Below are positions 39,230-48,127 of a stretch of DNA of 64,000 nucleotides, piece by piece. The stretch is from Lysobacterales bacterium. Lineage in GTDB: Bacteria > Pseudomonadota > Gammaproteobacteria > Xanthomonadales > SZUA-5. Each line of letters starts with the position of its first letter. Within the stretch, counting starts at the first letter, position 1. The stretch covers positions 32,001-96,000 of the forward strand of contig JALHMH010000001.1 in the NCBI GenBank assembly GCA_022844165.1. Reading direction: 5' to 3'. The position numbers were made by a program, and so were the translations under genes. The notes below the pieces were generated by a model. It had not been told where the DNA came from. It saw nothing but the letters and a program-made list of their open reading frames with translations, and searched no databases.

Positions 39230-41162
39230 GTTCGACGCCATCCCGGAGCGATATGAGGTGCTCGGCGAATTGGCGACCGGGGCGCAAGGTGTTGTGTTGC
39301 GTGCTCGCGATCGACACAGCGGCAGTGCTGTGGCCATTAAGCAGTTTTCGATCGGTGCGCGCACCGCTTACCTGCGGGAATTGGCGGCATCGCTCGACAA
39401 TCGGCACGACAATCTGCTGACGCCGCTGGATACGTTCTACGGCGCGGACGGCGTCGGGTTCGTGGTTTACGAATTCCTGGAAGCAGGTACCTTGCGCCAG
39501 GCGATGACGCCTGGGAAACCGTTCGCCTCACTTCTAATCCTCCGTTGTGCGGAAGATCTGCTCAAGGCCTTGGTCAACTTGCACGATCGCAAGTTGATTC
39601 ACTGCGACATCAAACCAGAGAACATTTTCGTCCGGCACAATGCGCAAGGTCAGATGGAGTCGTTCTTGCTGGGTGATCTCGGATCGACCTGTTCTATACG
39701 CGAGGCTGAAGAGGGCGACTACCGCAGCGGGTCGCCCGCCTACACAGCGCCCGAGCGCTTCTATCAGAAGTTTCAGCCCAATAGTGATCTGTATAGCCTC
39801 GGCGTTCTGCTGTTCGAATTGGCCAGCGGTAACTTGCCCTTTATCGGAGGCCCAAAAGCCATGGCGCGCGCGCACCTGCAACAGCCCGTTCCGCTGAATC
39901 AAATCCAGTCTTCTCACCTGCGCACCTTGATCGGCGGGCTGATGGAAAAGGAACCATCGCGACGGATCGGCTCAGCAAAAAGAGCATTGCAAATGCTGAA
40001 CCCAGAGGACGCGGTACAGGGTCCATCGAATTTGCCCATTTCGAATGCTGACTTAAGAACACCAGTGAATAAGCCTACGCAAAAGCAAGCCAATATCGGC
40101 CGACGCCCTCCGATTGAAGTGGCGAGCACCATCATCGAGTCCGGTTTCGCCCGTTTGCACATCGCGAGCGTTGGCGATAAACCCTTGTTGCTGGTCGAGT
40201 CCAGTACCGATCTGGCAACCCTGGCTCTGGCGCCACAATCGCGCCCGCGCCTGTTCCCGAAATCGGGAAACGCACGACTGCTGGGTACGTCGGAGTTGCT
40301 TTACCAGGTCGAATCGTCGATCAACCTGTTGAACTTGAGCAGCGGCGCCAATCGCGTGCTGCACGACCGCTGTGTCGGCGCCATCGATTTTACCTGCGAC
40401 GGGCAACGGTTGCTCTGGCGGACGCGGCGCAGCGCGCATCGGATAGACCTGGAAACGCGTGCCGAGAGTTCGTTCTTGCTGGCGCACTATCTGCTGGATG
40501 CCCGCTCGCACTTGCTTCCGAGCGGCAGCTTCGCGGTCTCAACCGGGGCCATGAACAACCAGATTGCGCTTCGCAGCAGCGACGGCACAGCGAAGGCGGT
40601 GCACGAACTGGATGGTCCGGTCATCGAGATCGTCAACGATTTGGAGACTTTGCTGGCGCTGACGCTTAACGTCAATCAGGCGGACAGCCTGACGCTGTGG
40701 CGAATCTCCGAGTATTCCAAACCCCAACGTCTGGATGTCCCGACCGGCTCGCGCTTTTTTGCGACCACACCAGGTCACATATTCTGGCTCGACAATGGCA
40801 CCCAGATCGTACAGTGCGGCATAGGTCTTGCGCCGCGCGAGGTTTTCAGGGCGGGCGAGTCGATCGACGGCTTCGCGATCTCGCCGGATCATGCCTGGCT
40901 CGCGACCTGGAGCAATCTCGGTGACAACGTCTCACGAGTTCGGGTCTATTCCGCGGCGAATGCCAACGAGGCCGTGTCCCGGAGCGATGAGCGCAGTCAG
41001 CTTCGCGCACCGCCAGGCAAGGAATCCCTGCTCCGTTCGACAGAATCGATGCCACCGGCGGCGCAGGTGAGCGTCAAGAGAACGAGCAATCCGGTTGAAC
41101 ATTCGACTGGATCGACAAGAACCCGCTCCGTCAACGACTCCAGCGAGACGCACACGCCATGA
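39222..41162 (+). CDS. Hanks-type Ser/Thr protein kinase with C-terminal beta-rich domain
   Basis: GAQGVV, VAIK, HCDIKPEN, DLG, YTAPE, DLYSLG. Confidence 0.9.
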   Translation: MAEFDAIPERYEVLGELATGAQGVVLRARDRHSGSAVAIKQFSIGARTAYLRELAASLDNRHDNLLTPLDTFYGADGVGFVVYEFLEAGTLRQAMTPGKPFASLLILRCAEDLLKALVNLHDRKLIHCDIKPENIFVRHNAQGQMESFLLGDLGSTCSIREAEEGDYRSGSPAYTAPERFYQKFQPNSDLYSLGVLLFELASGNLPFIGGPKAMARAHLQQPVPLNQIQSSHLRTLIGGLMEKEPSRRIGSAKRALQMLNPEDAVQGPSNLPISNADLRTPVNKPTQKQANIGRRPPIEVASTIIESGFARLHIASVGDKPLLLVESSTDLATLALAPQSRPRLFPKSGNARLLGTSELLYQVESSINLLNLSSGANRVLHDRCVGAIDFTCDGQRLLWRTRRSAHRIDLETRAESSFLLAHYLLDARSHLLPSGSFAVSTGAMNNQIALRSSDGTAKAVHELDGPVIEIVNDLETLLALTLNVNQADSLTLWRISEYSKPQRLDVPTGSRFFATTPGHIFWLDNGTQIVQCGIGLAPREVFRAGESIDGFAISPDHAWLATWSNLGDNVSRVRVYSAANANEAVSRSDERSQLRAPPGKESLLRSTESMPPAAQVSVKRTSNPVEHSTGSTRTRSVNDSSETHTP

Positions 41163-41803
41163 CCAACCACACTGCGCCCGCCATCAATGGCGCCACGCCC
41201 TCCGTGCATTGCGTCTTTTACACTCACCCGTGGGCCATCGATGCGCTGCGGGTTGCCAAACTTGGCGAACTGGATCGGACGCTGCTCATCGAACTGGCGC
41301 GGCGCTCGCAACTGGCGAGCTTGATCAACACCCAACAACAGCTGCGGTCTGGCGTGAGCGGCATCCTGCGCGATCCCGGTGAACTCGACGGGCTGATCGT
41401 CACGACACCGCGGTTCCTGGTACCCGTGATCCTTGCGCCCAATCCTTGCGTGCCGGATGCAACACAAGCCTCGGCGATCGCTCTTTTGCCATCCGTGAAG
41501 TCGAGCTTCAATCGCTTCATCGTGTTTGTACATCTGTCAGAGGCAATGAACTTCCGCTACGCGTATCCGTATTGCGATCGTTTTTCGTTTCTCTGGGACG
41601 TCGCAGACCCTCCGATGTTCAAAATGGGCGATATCGGCGCGATGCTGCGCGATCTGGGTGTGCTCAGGCGCGAATCCTGGGGAGGATTTTACTTGTTCAA
41701 TCATCCACGGCGGCATGTGAGCAATCTGGACAGCCGGCTGAGCGAATTGCGAAAGGTGATGGGGCAGGCGAAAAAGCCCAGCGCTCTCGCCGCAACAGCC
41801 TAA
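41159..41803 (+). CDS. Hypothetical protein
   Basis: ATGA-coupled to the kinase, fills the operon gap; no motif recognised. Confidence 0.7.
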   Translation: MTNHTAPAINGATPSVHCVFYTHPWAIDALRVAKLGELDRTLLIELARRSQLASLINTQQQLRSGVSGILRDPGELDGLIVTTPRFLVPVILAPNPCVPDATQASAIALLPSVKSSFNRFIVFVHLSEAMNFRYAYPYCDRFSFLWDVADPPMFKMGDIGAMLRDLGVLRRESWGGFYLFNHPRRHVSNLDSRLSELRKVMGQAKKPSALAATA

Positions 41804-41814
41804 GGCCCGCGAGC

Positions 41815-42300
41815 ATGTGGGACTTAAAACACGGCTTGGGAATTTCCGCACTTCCGACCCGGTCGTCGCTCAGGCTGTTTAAGACCCTGGGATTCACCGA
41901 TCTGGTCAACGTCTCCGGCAGCGCAACGGAAAACTTGTACCTGGCAGCCGATCTCGATGGTTTGGCCTTCAGCGACTATCCATTTGCCGATGTACTCTCG
42001 ACCGCTGGCGCGGTTACGGAAATCGTTGAGAAGCTTGGTCCGGCCGGGCTGTTGGAGTTTAAGAAGGCTGCAACTCAAACCGCCAGCTGTCTGCAGCAGC
42101 AGCGTCGCGTCATCGTGTTTTGCCACCTCGGCGTTGGGCGTTCACCGGCCGTCTCGACGATTGCTTTGATGCTCGGGCGGGGCTATTCGTTAGACGAAGC
42201 TGTTGATGTGATCGTGAAGTTGCGACCCGAGGCGGTTCTTAGCGACCCGGTCGTTGCATTTGTCCAACGGATGCATGCGGAACTCGTGAGTGCCGCATGA
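41815..42300 (+). CDS. Dual-specificity (Cys-based) protein phosphatase
   Basis: CX5R loop VFCHLGVGRS, upstream PFAD acid loop, EAV..I..LRP. Confidence 0.82.
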   Translation: MWDLKHGLGISALPTRSSLRLFKTLGFTDLVNVSGSATENLYLAADLDGLAFSDYPFADVLSTAGAVTEIVEKLGPAGLLEFKKAATQTASCLQQQRRVIVFCHLGVGRSPAVSTIALMLGRGYSLDEAVDVIVKLRPEAVLSDPVVAFVQRMHAELVSAA

Positions 42301-42980
42301 CGCTCAATAGCGTACTTGAGCGCAGTACGGAGCTGGCCGTCGCTGCCGGCTTCAGGCGAAAGCCGCTCGATCCCGAACTGGCGCAGGCGGAAAAGCCTCT
42401 GCCCAGCGGCAACCTCAGCTGTAACGCGCAAAGCTGGGAGGCCGATGCCGCTGAGCTGCGCGTGGTGTCGATCGAATCGCCCAAGATCCAGGTGATTTCC
42501 TGTTTCGTCTATCCGCATTCGGCCATTGCGTTGCCGCTTTATGCCATGGAGTTGGTACAGCTCGGCGCAAAGCCCATCGTTGCGGTCATCGATGCGGTAG
42601 CGCCAGCGCACGACCCTGCGCAGGCCATCGCACAAAACTGGCTGGAGCAAGCGCATTGTGTGTATGCCGACCTCAAGAATGCCGACGATCCTCCACCGTG
42701 GTTTCAAGCGTGTCGCAGCGGTCTGGACTTTTTCATCCGCCCTGGTGACCAGACGGAATTGCGACGCGTCGGTTCCTTGCACGTCGAGCTGCTGGGGCGG
42801 TACTTGCACGCGATCCCCGATGCCTCGCAGAGGACGGTTGCCGCTGCCCACCGCTACGAAGAATTTTCGCGCCACTACAAAGATCATCATGCCGCGAATT
42901 CGCCGGGTTTACCGTTGATGCAGAAGTCCTTCGGCCCGCAGTGGACGGAGCGTTTCATGCAGCAGTGTTTCTTTCTTTAG
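42297..42980 (+). CDS. Ferredoxin-dependent bilin reductase (PcyA/pre-PcyA-like)
   Basis: QVISCFVYP...LPLYAMELV...VAVID, PPPWF, Y...Y, PG...MQKSFG.QWTERFM...F. Confidence 0.78.
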   Translation: MTLNSVLERSTELAVAAGFRRKPLDPELAQAEKPLPSGNLSCNAQSWEADAAELRVVSIESPKIQVISCFVYPHSAIALPLYAMELVQLGAKPIVAVIDAVAPAHDPAQAIAQNWLEQAHCVYADLKNADDPPPWFQACRSGLDFFIRPGDQTELRRVGSLHVELLGRYLHAIPDASQRTVAAAHRYEEFSRHYKDHHAANSPGLPLMQKSFGPQWTERFMQQCFFL

Positions 42981-42990
42981 AGCTAGTCCA

Positions 42991-44163
42991 ATGCATCGTT
43001 ATCGATATCTGATCATCGGCGGCGGGATGGCCGCAGATTCGGCGCTCAAGGGCATTCGCATGTCCGACCCCACGGCTCAAGTGGGGCTGGTGTCCGAAGA
43101 ACTGGACAAACCCTATAACCGCCCGCCGCTGTCGAAAAAGCTCTGGGATGGACTTCCATTGGAGGAAATCTGGCGCCCGAATCGCGGCTCCCAAGTCAAC
43201 TTGCATCTGGGCCGGCGTATCGTCGCGCTCGTCCCCTTGCGCAAGCAGGCGCGCGATCAGACCGGCGAGATCTACGCCTTTGAACAAGCACTGCTGGCCA
43301 TCGGCGGCAGCCCAAAGCGCATCTCAGGCGATGACGAATCCGTCATGTATTTCCGCACACTCGCCGATTACCGACGCCTGCGCGCGTTGTCGCGCGAGGC
43401 CGAACCGATCACGCTGGTTGGCGCCGGGCTGATCGGCACCGAACTTGCCGCGTGTCTGCGCAAGGCGGGTTCTTCGGTCGATCTTTATTGTGGAAAACGT
43501 GGTCTTGTTCGGTCGATTCTGCCCGAAGTCTTGTCTAATGAACTGGCGCGAAGCCTTGATGGGCATGGCGTTCGGCTGCACTTCTTGAGCGTCTCGAACA
43601 TCCAGAAGGCAAACGGCACCCAACAACTCAAGCTGAGCGACGGAAAAATGGTGACGGCCAAACGCGTCGTCGCCGGTCTGGGCCTGGTCGCGAACACGCA
43701 ACTGGCCAAAGATGCCGGCATCGTGTGTTCCAATGGCATCGACGTAGATGCCTCGCTCAGAACGTCGATACCTGGCATATATGCCGCCGGCGATTGCGTG
43801 AACTTCTGGTGCTCAACCCTGGGTCGGCGACTGAGTTCGCAGCATGAAGAACACGCCAATTTTTCGGGTATCGCTGCCGGTCGCGCGATGGCTGGAAAGA
43901 CGGTCGACTACTCGCCGTTGCCGTACTTTTACTCACGCGTTTTCGATCATGCATACGAGGGGATTGGCTGGGTCGATACGTCGCTCAAACACCATGTCGT
44001 GGCACCGCGAGGACCGATGGAGGCTACGGTTTATTATCTGCACGACAACCGCGTCGTCGGCGTGTTGTATTGGAATACGCGGGCCGATCTGGAGCGGGCC
44101 ACCGAGCTTATCGAGGCCAAACGTCCGTGCACGCCAGCCGAGCTGGTCGGTCAGATCCAGTGA
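42991..44163 (+). CDS. FAD-dependent NAD(P)H oxidoreductase (ferredoxin reductase-like)
   Basis: IIGGGMAA, PYNRPPLSK, GAGLIGTE, TS.PGIYAAGD, PYFYS. Confidence 0.88.
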   Translation: MHRYRYLIIGGGMAADSALKGIRMSDPTAQVGLVSEELDKPYNRPPLSKKLWDGLPLEEIWRPNRGSQVNLHLGRRIVALVPLRKQARDQTGEIYAFEQALLAIGGSPKRISGDDESVMYFRTLADYRRLRALSREAEPITLVGAGLIGTELAACLRKAGSSVDLYCGKRGLVRSILPEVLSNELARSLDGHGVRLHFLSVSNIQKANGTQQLKLSDGKMVTAKRVVAGLGLVANTQLAKDAGIVCSNGIDVDASLRTSIPGIYAAGDCVNFWCSTLGRRLSSQHEEHANFSGIAAGRAMAGKTVDYSPLPYFYSRVFDHAYEGIGWVDTSLKHHVVAPRGPMEATVYYLHDNRVVGVLYWNTRADLERATELIEAKRPCTPAELVGQIQ

Positions 44164-44208
44164 GGCGAAGTTCGACCATGCCGGTCGACCTGCGCCACCG
44201 CTCTGATA

Positions 44209-47200
44209 TCAGGCATGGGCAAACTGCCTTTCTTTTCCTTGTTGGCCAGCCAATTCTGCAAAGTGCGTCATCAACCCGCGGAGTCTCACTGCCTTCAATG
44301 GTTTGTACAGCAGGTGGTGCCCGTGCTTCTTGCAGCGTTCCCGCAGAGCGTCGCTGTGATCGGCCGTAATTAAAGCGCTACCGATTAAGGAACTGCCGAG
44401 CCGCAGTTGCAAAGTCCTGAGCAGTTCGATACCCAACTCATGGGGACCCAGCTGCTGATCGACCAACAGCACATCGGGCACGAATGTGGCAATCGTTGCC
44501 AGAGCCGCAGCGCCATCTTCGGCAGTCTCTACGTCTACGCCCCAACCACTCAACAACGCGCGCATCGATCGTAAAATGTCTGGATCGTCGTCGACGCAAA
44601 GTACCTTCATCGGCGTCGGCAAGCCATCGGCACTGGCAGCTGCCATCTCGTGGCCTGGCGATGCTTCTGTTTCTCGCCACTCGCCCAGCAAAGGCACAGC
44701 AACTCGAAAACAGGAGCCACGGCCCGGCTTCGACACGACAGTCAACGAATGGCCCAGCAGGCGGCATATCCGTTCGCAAATCGCCAAACCCAGACCGCTG
44801 CCGCGGTCGCCCCAGGGCGATCGCTGGTTCACACGGGAAAACTCTTCGAAGACCTTCGATTGGTGTATGGCATCAATGCCGATACCGGTGTCCCACACCT
44901 CGATCAGCAGCTCGCCGCGGCGTTTGCGTGTGCCCACGAGCACCCCGCCTTCAGCAGTGTATCGGAGCGCATTCGCCATCAGGTTCTGCACCACGCGACG
45001 CAATAGTCGGCGGTCGCTTTGCACCAGCCATTTACAGGGCGGAACCCGCAACTGAAGTTGCCGGGATGTCGCCAATGAGGACATTTGCGCGGCCAGGATC
45101 TCGAGCTGGGGATAGAGCGCAAAAGGCTCAATTTCGGTCACTAAAGCGCCAGAATCGAGTTTGGTCACTTCGACCAGCACATCGATGATCTCTTCTGCCG
45201 CGATCAGCGCCAGATCAATACGTTGGGCGGCTTCCCGCACATTGCTGCCAATCGCGGGCAGTTCGCTGAGCGCCGAGGCATAGATGCGTGCAGCGTTCAG
45301 CGGCTGCAACAAGTCGTGACTGGCTGCGGCAAAAAAGGTCGCCTTTCGATCCAGCGTGGCTTGCGCAGCGGGTTTGGAGATGGGCGCGGCAGCCATGCCA
45401 AGTTGGGCGGTATCCAAAATGGTCTTCACCAGATCCAAGGTGTGCCGCGTGGTTTGGCAGACAACGTCCAACGCCTCTCGCACTCGCGGCGTTTGCGCGA
45501 GTTTCAGCGCCATTTCGGTCTGGCCCAACATGATCGTCAGTGGCTCGTGCAATTCGCGACCTACCTGACCCAGCACTGTCGATTTCGCCTGCACAAGCGC
45601 TACAGATTCGCTCAGCGAATCTTCGAGCACACGGTTTTTCTGCTCCAGCCCTGCCCGAATTCGGCGCCGTTCGCTGATGTCGGTCAACACCGAGATCCAA
45701 TGCGTTCGCCTACCGAGTGCATCTTCGACCGAGGAAACGCGCACGTCCGCCCAGAACGTGCTGCCATCCTTGCGGTACAACAAAATTTCATCCTCGAACT
45801 TATCGCCGCTGGCGAGTTTTTCGCGAATATTGTCCATTGCGCCGGCACCGGATTCTGGGCCGAACAGAAAAGTGGGTACGGTGCCAATGACCTCGGCCAC
45901 ACGATAACCCGTCACGCGCTCGAAAGCCTCGCTCGCCATCAAGATGCGCCGTCCGACGCCCGGCGTGGGTTCGGCTTCACTGATCAGGATCATCACGTTG
46001 CTGTTTGCTGTGCTGCGATGCAGGAACTCAAGTTCGATGCGGGTTCGCTGCTCGCGACGGCCCTGAATCAGACTGCGCAGCGATTCCGCGAAACTCAGTT
46101 CATCGCTGGACCACGGATCGGCGGCAAGGCCGGCATCTCGGAAACGCGCGTTGCTCGCGAGCCGAAACCAAAGCAACCTGCTGTCCAGAGGGTCGCCCAC
46201 GTCTGCCAAAAGCAGTCCCGCAAAATCTGCCCCACCGCGTTCGGCTGTTGCGGGCCATCGCAGTGGCCTTGTGCCGGGCTGCGTTGCTGCGGGCAATCGA
46301 CCGATGACGCGCCGCAATTCGTTCTCTTGTGGGCATAGACCGATACACACACAACGCTTTTGGCTTAGCAGTGCAAAACCGTCTGCCTGCAGTGCGCTCA
46401 GCAACAGTTCGGCTTTGCCGTCCGCCGTCAAGTTCTCCAGGTCGCCGTCGTCGGTACATTTGGCAAACGCCTCCAGCGCGGCCTCGCGTTCGCCATTCCT
46501 TTTGCGGGCAACGCTGATCTGATATTGATCAATTCGATGGGCCACCTCCTTGCACATGCGCCAGAAAGCCAGGCGGGCCGGGCCGCTCAGCAATTTGGGC
46601 CGACGCAATTGCTGGCATTCGATGACGCCCCACAAAGTGCCGCGTACGACCAGCGAGCCGGTCGACAGCGCTGTGATACCCGTGCGCCGCAGTTGTTCCA
46701 ACGACGGGTCGACGCGCAAGCTGGACCCGCTGAGGTCGCCCGCGCCGAGTGTTGCGCCACGCAGCAGCGGCGATGCGGAGCAACTGAGATCGGCAAAATG
46801 CTCGATACCTGACTTGCGCAAGCGGTCCCTGAACTGCTTGCTGTATATCGATGCCGTGTCGCTCGAGTCCGGGATCGACTCAATCTTCGAGTGGCGCGCC
46901 TGCGCAATCACCGAGGCATCGCCGTGCACATCGAACCGACGCAACAGTACACGGTCGAAACACAGGGACTTTCGGATGACCTTGACAGCCTTCATCAAGA
47001 AAGCGTCCTGCTGATCGGACTGCGCCGATTCGGTGATAGACTCAAGCCCGGAAAAGAGGCGCTGCAACGATTGCGCAGAAGCCCGTCGACAGCGCTCCAG
47101 ATCCAGTATCGCCATGCCTGCCCGGACATGCAGCCAGCCGTAACAGGATCGGCCAGATTCGCGCAGAGTCAACACCAGATACGAATCCGGCGGCGCACGC

Positions 47201-47394
47201 CGACGCGAAACCGCGGCTTCGAGTCGGCGCCAGCTCCGCGGCGTGAAGAGCTGAGTCGCGGGCTGGCCGATCAGCGCCGCGCCGTCGTAGCCGAGTATTT
47301 CGGCTGTGGAGGTACTCGCTGCCTGAATGCGCAAGCTCTCGATATCGAGCACAAGCACCGCACCGTGCGGCTGAATTGCGTGAGCTGCGGGCAT
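44209..47394 (-). CDS. Hybrid histidine kinase with degenerate bacteriophytochrome module (PAS2-GAF-PHY-PAS-HisKA-HATPase-REC)
   Basis: IQPHG, FDRV, LWG.I.C, LLWFR, PWS; SHDLLQPLN, NALRYT, DTGIGI, GLGL; REC VDDD..D..K. Confidence 0.85.
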   Translation of the reverse strand: MPAAHAIQPHGAVLVLDIESLRIQAASTSTAEILGYDGAALIGQPATQLFTPRSWRRLEAAVSRRRAPPDSYLVLTLRESGRSCYGWLHVRAGMAILDLERCRRASAQSLQRLFSGLESITESAQSDQQDAFLMKAVKVIRKSLCFDRVLLRRFDVHGDASVIAQARHSKIESIPDSSDTASIYSKQFRDRLRKSGIEHFADLSCSASPLLRGATLGAGDLSGSSLRVDPSLEQLRRTGITALSTGSLVVRGTLWGVIECQQLRRPKLLSGPARLAFWRMCKEVAHRIDQYQISVARKRNGEREAALEAFAKCTDDGDLENLTADGKAELLLSALQADGFALLSQKRCVCIGLCPQENELRRVIGRLPAATQPGTRPLRWPATAERGGADFAGLLLADVGDPLDSRLLWFRLASNARFRDAGLAADPWSSDELSFAESLRSLIQGRREQRTRIELEFLHRSTANSNVMILISEAEPTPGVGRRILMASEAFERVTGYRVAEVIGTVPTFLFGPESGAGAMDNIREKLASGDKFEDEILLYRKDGSTFWADVRVSSVEDALGRRTHWISVLTDISERRRIRAGLEQKNRVLEDSLSESVALVQAKSTVLGQVGRELHEPLTIMLGQTEMALKLAQTPRVREALDVVCQTTRHTLDLVKTILDTAQLGMAAAPISKPAAQATLDRKATFFAAASHDLLQPLNAARIYASALSELPAIGSNVREAAQRIDLALIAAEEIIDVLVEVTKLDSGALVTEIEPFALYPQLEILAAQMSSLATSRQLQLRVPPCKWLVQSDRRLLRRVVQNLMANALRYTAEGGVLVGTRKRRGELLIEVWDTGIGIDAIHQSKVFEEFSRVNQRSPWGDRGSGLGLAICERICRLLGHSLTVVSKPGRGSCFRVAVPLLGEWRETEASPGHEMAAASADGLPTPMKVLCVDDDPDILRSMRALLSGWGVDVETAEDGAAALATIATFVPDVLLVDQQLGPHELGIELLRTLQLRLGSSLIGSALITADHSDALRERCKKHGHHLLYKPLKAVRLRGLMTHFAELAGQQGKERQFAHA

Positions 47395-47425
47395 TTTTTA
47401 CATCCGAAGGATGAGGTTACGAAGA

Positions 47426-48127
47426 CTAACCGTCGCCAATCGACTGAGTGGCATCGAAGGTTTGCATCATCAACGCAACCTGCGTGCGATTGCGCGCGTC
47501 CAGTTTTTGCATGATCGACTTCATGTGCACCTTGACCGTCGCTTCGGTGATCTGAAGTTGTGCTGCGATCTGTTTATTCAACATCCCGGTTGCCAACATG
47601 CTGGCAATACGGAACTGTTGTGCGCTGAGCGCTCCAATCTGGCGTGCCGCCGACTGCTCTTTCGAGCTCAATTGTGGTACGAACCCCAACTCGCTCAGTG
47701 AAGCAGGAATGTAGCGCGAACCGGACAGCACCTGGCCGAGCGCCTTGGAAATTTCCCGCAACGGTGCGGATTTGGGAATGAAGCCCGCTGCGCCCAGCTG
47801 CAGAGCCCGGCGGATCGTCAGTGGCTCTTCCTGCGCCGAGATGACGGCAACGCTCAGGCCAGGCGACTTCGCGCGCACGTGGATCAGGCCCGACAAACCA
47901 TGCGAGCCGGGCATGTTCAAGTCGAGCAAAACCAGATCGACGTTTTGATCGCGATTGAGCAGATCCTGAAGGCAATCCAGCGTATCGGCCTCCAACACGG
48001 ACGCCGACGGGAAGTTGGCGCCTACACAAGAAACCATCGCGTGCCGGAACATCGGATGGTCGTCCGCAACGATAATCGTCCCGACTGCCTTGATGTCGAT
48101 CAGGTGGGGACTGAACAAACTAGACAT
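47426..48127 (-). CDS. NarL/LuxR family response regulator
   Basis: ADDHPMFR, LLDLNMPG, FIPKS, NKQIA..L.ITEATVKVH. Confidence 0.92.
   Translation of the reverse strand: MSSLFSPHLIDIKAVGTIIVADDHPMFRHAMVSCVGANFPSASVLEADTLDCLQDLLNRDQNVDLVLLDLNMPGSHGLSGLIHVRAKSPGLSVAVISAQEEPLTIRRALQLGAAGFIPKSAPLREISKALGQVLSGSRYIPASLSELGFVPQLSSKEQSAARQIGALSAQQFRIASMLATGMLNKQIAAQLQITEATVKVHMKSIMQKLDARNRTQVALMMQTFDATQSIGDG

Noticed and set aside
45700-46000. LOV-like PAS domain in the hybrid kinase (AFERVTGY..EVIG, YRKDGSTFW)
   Set aside because: The GxNCRFLQ flavin-adduct motif reads GTVPTFLF with no Cys, so it is not a blue-light LOV sensor.
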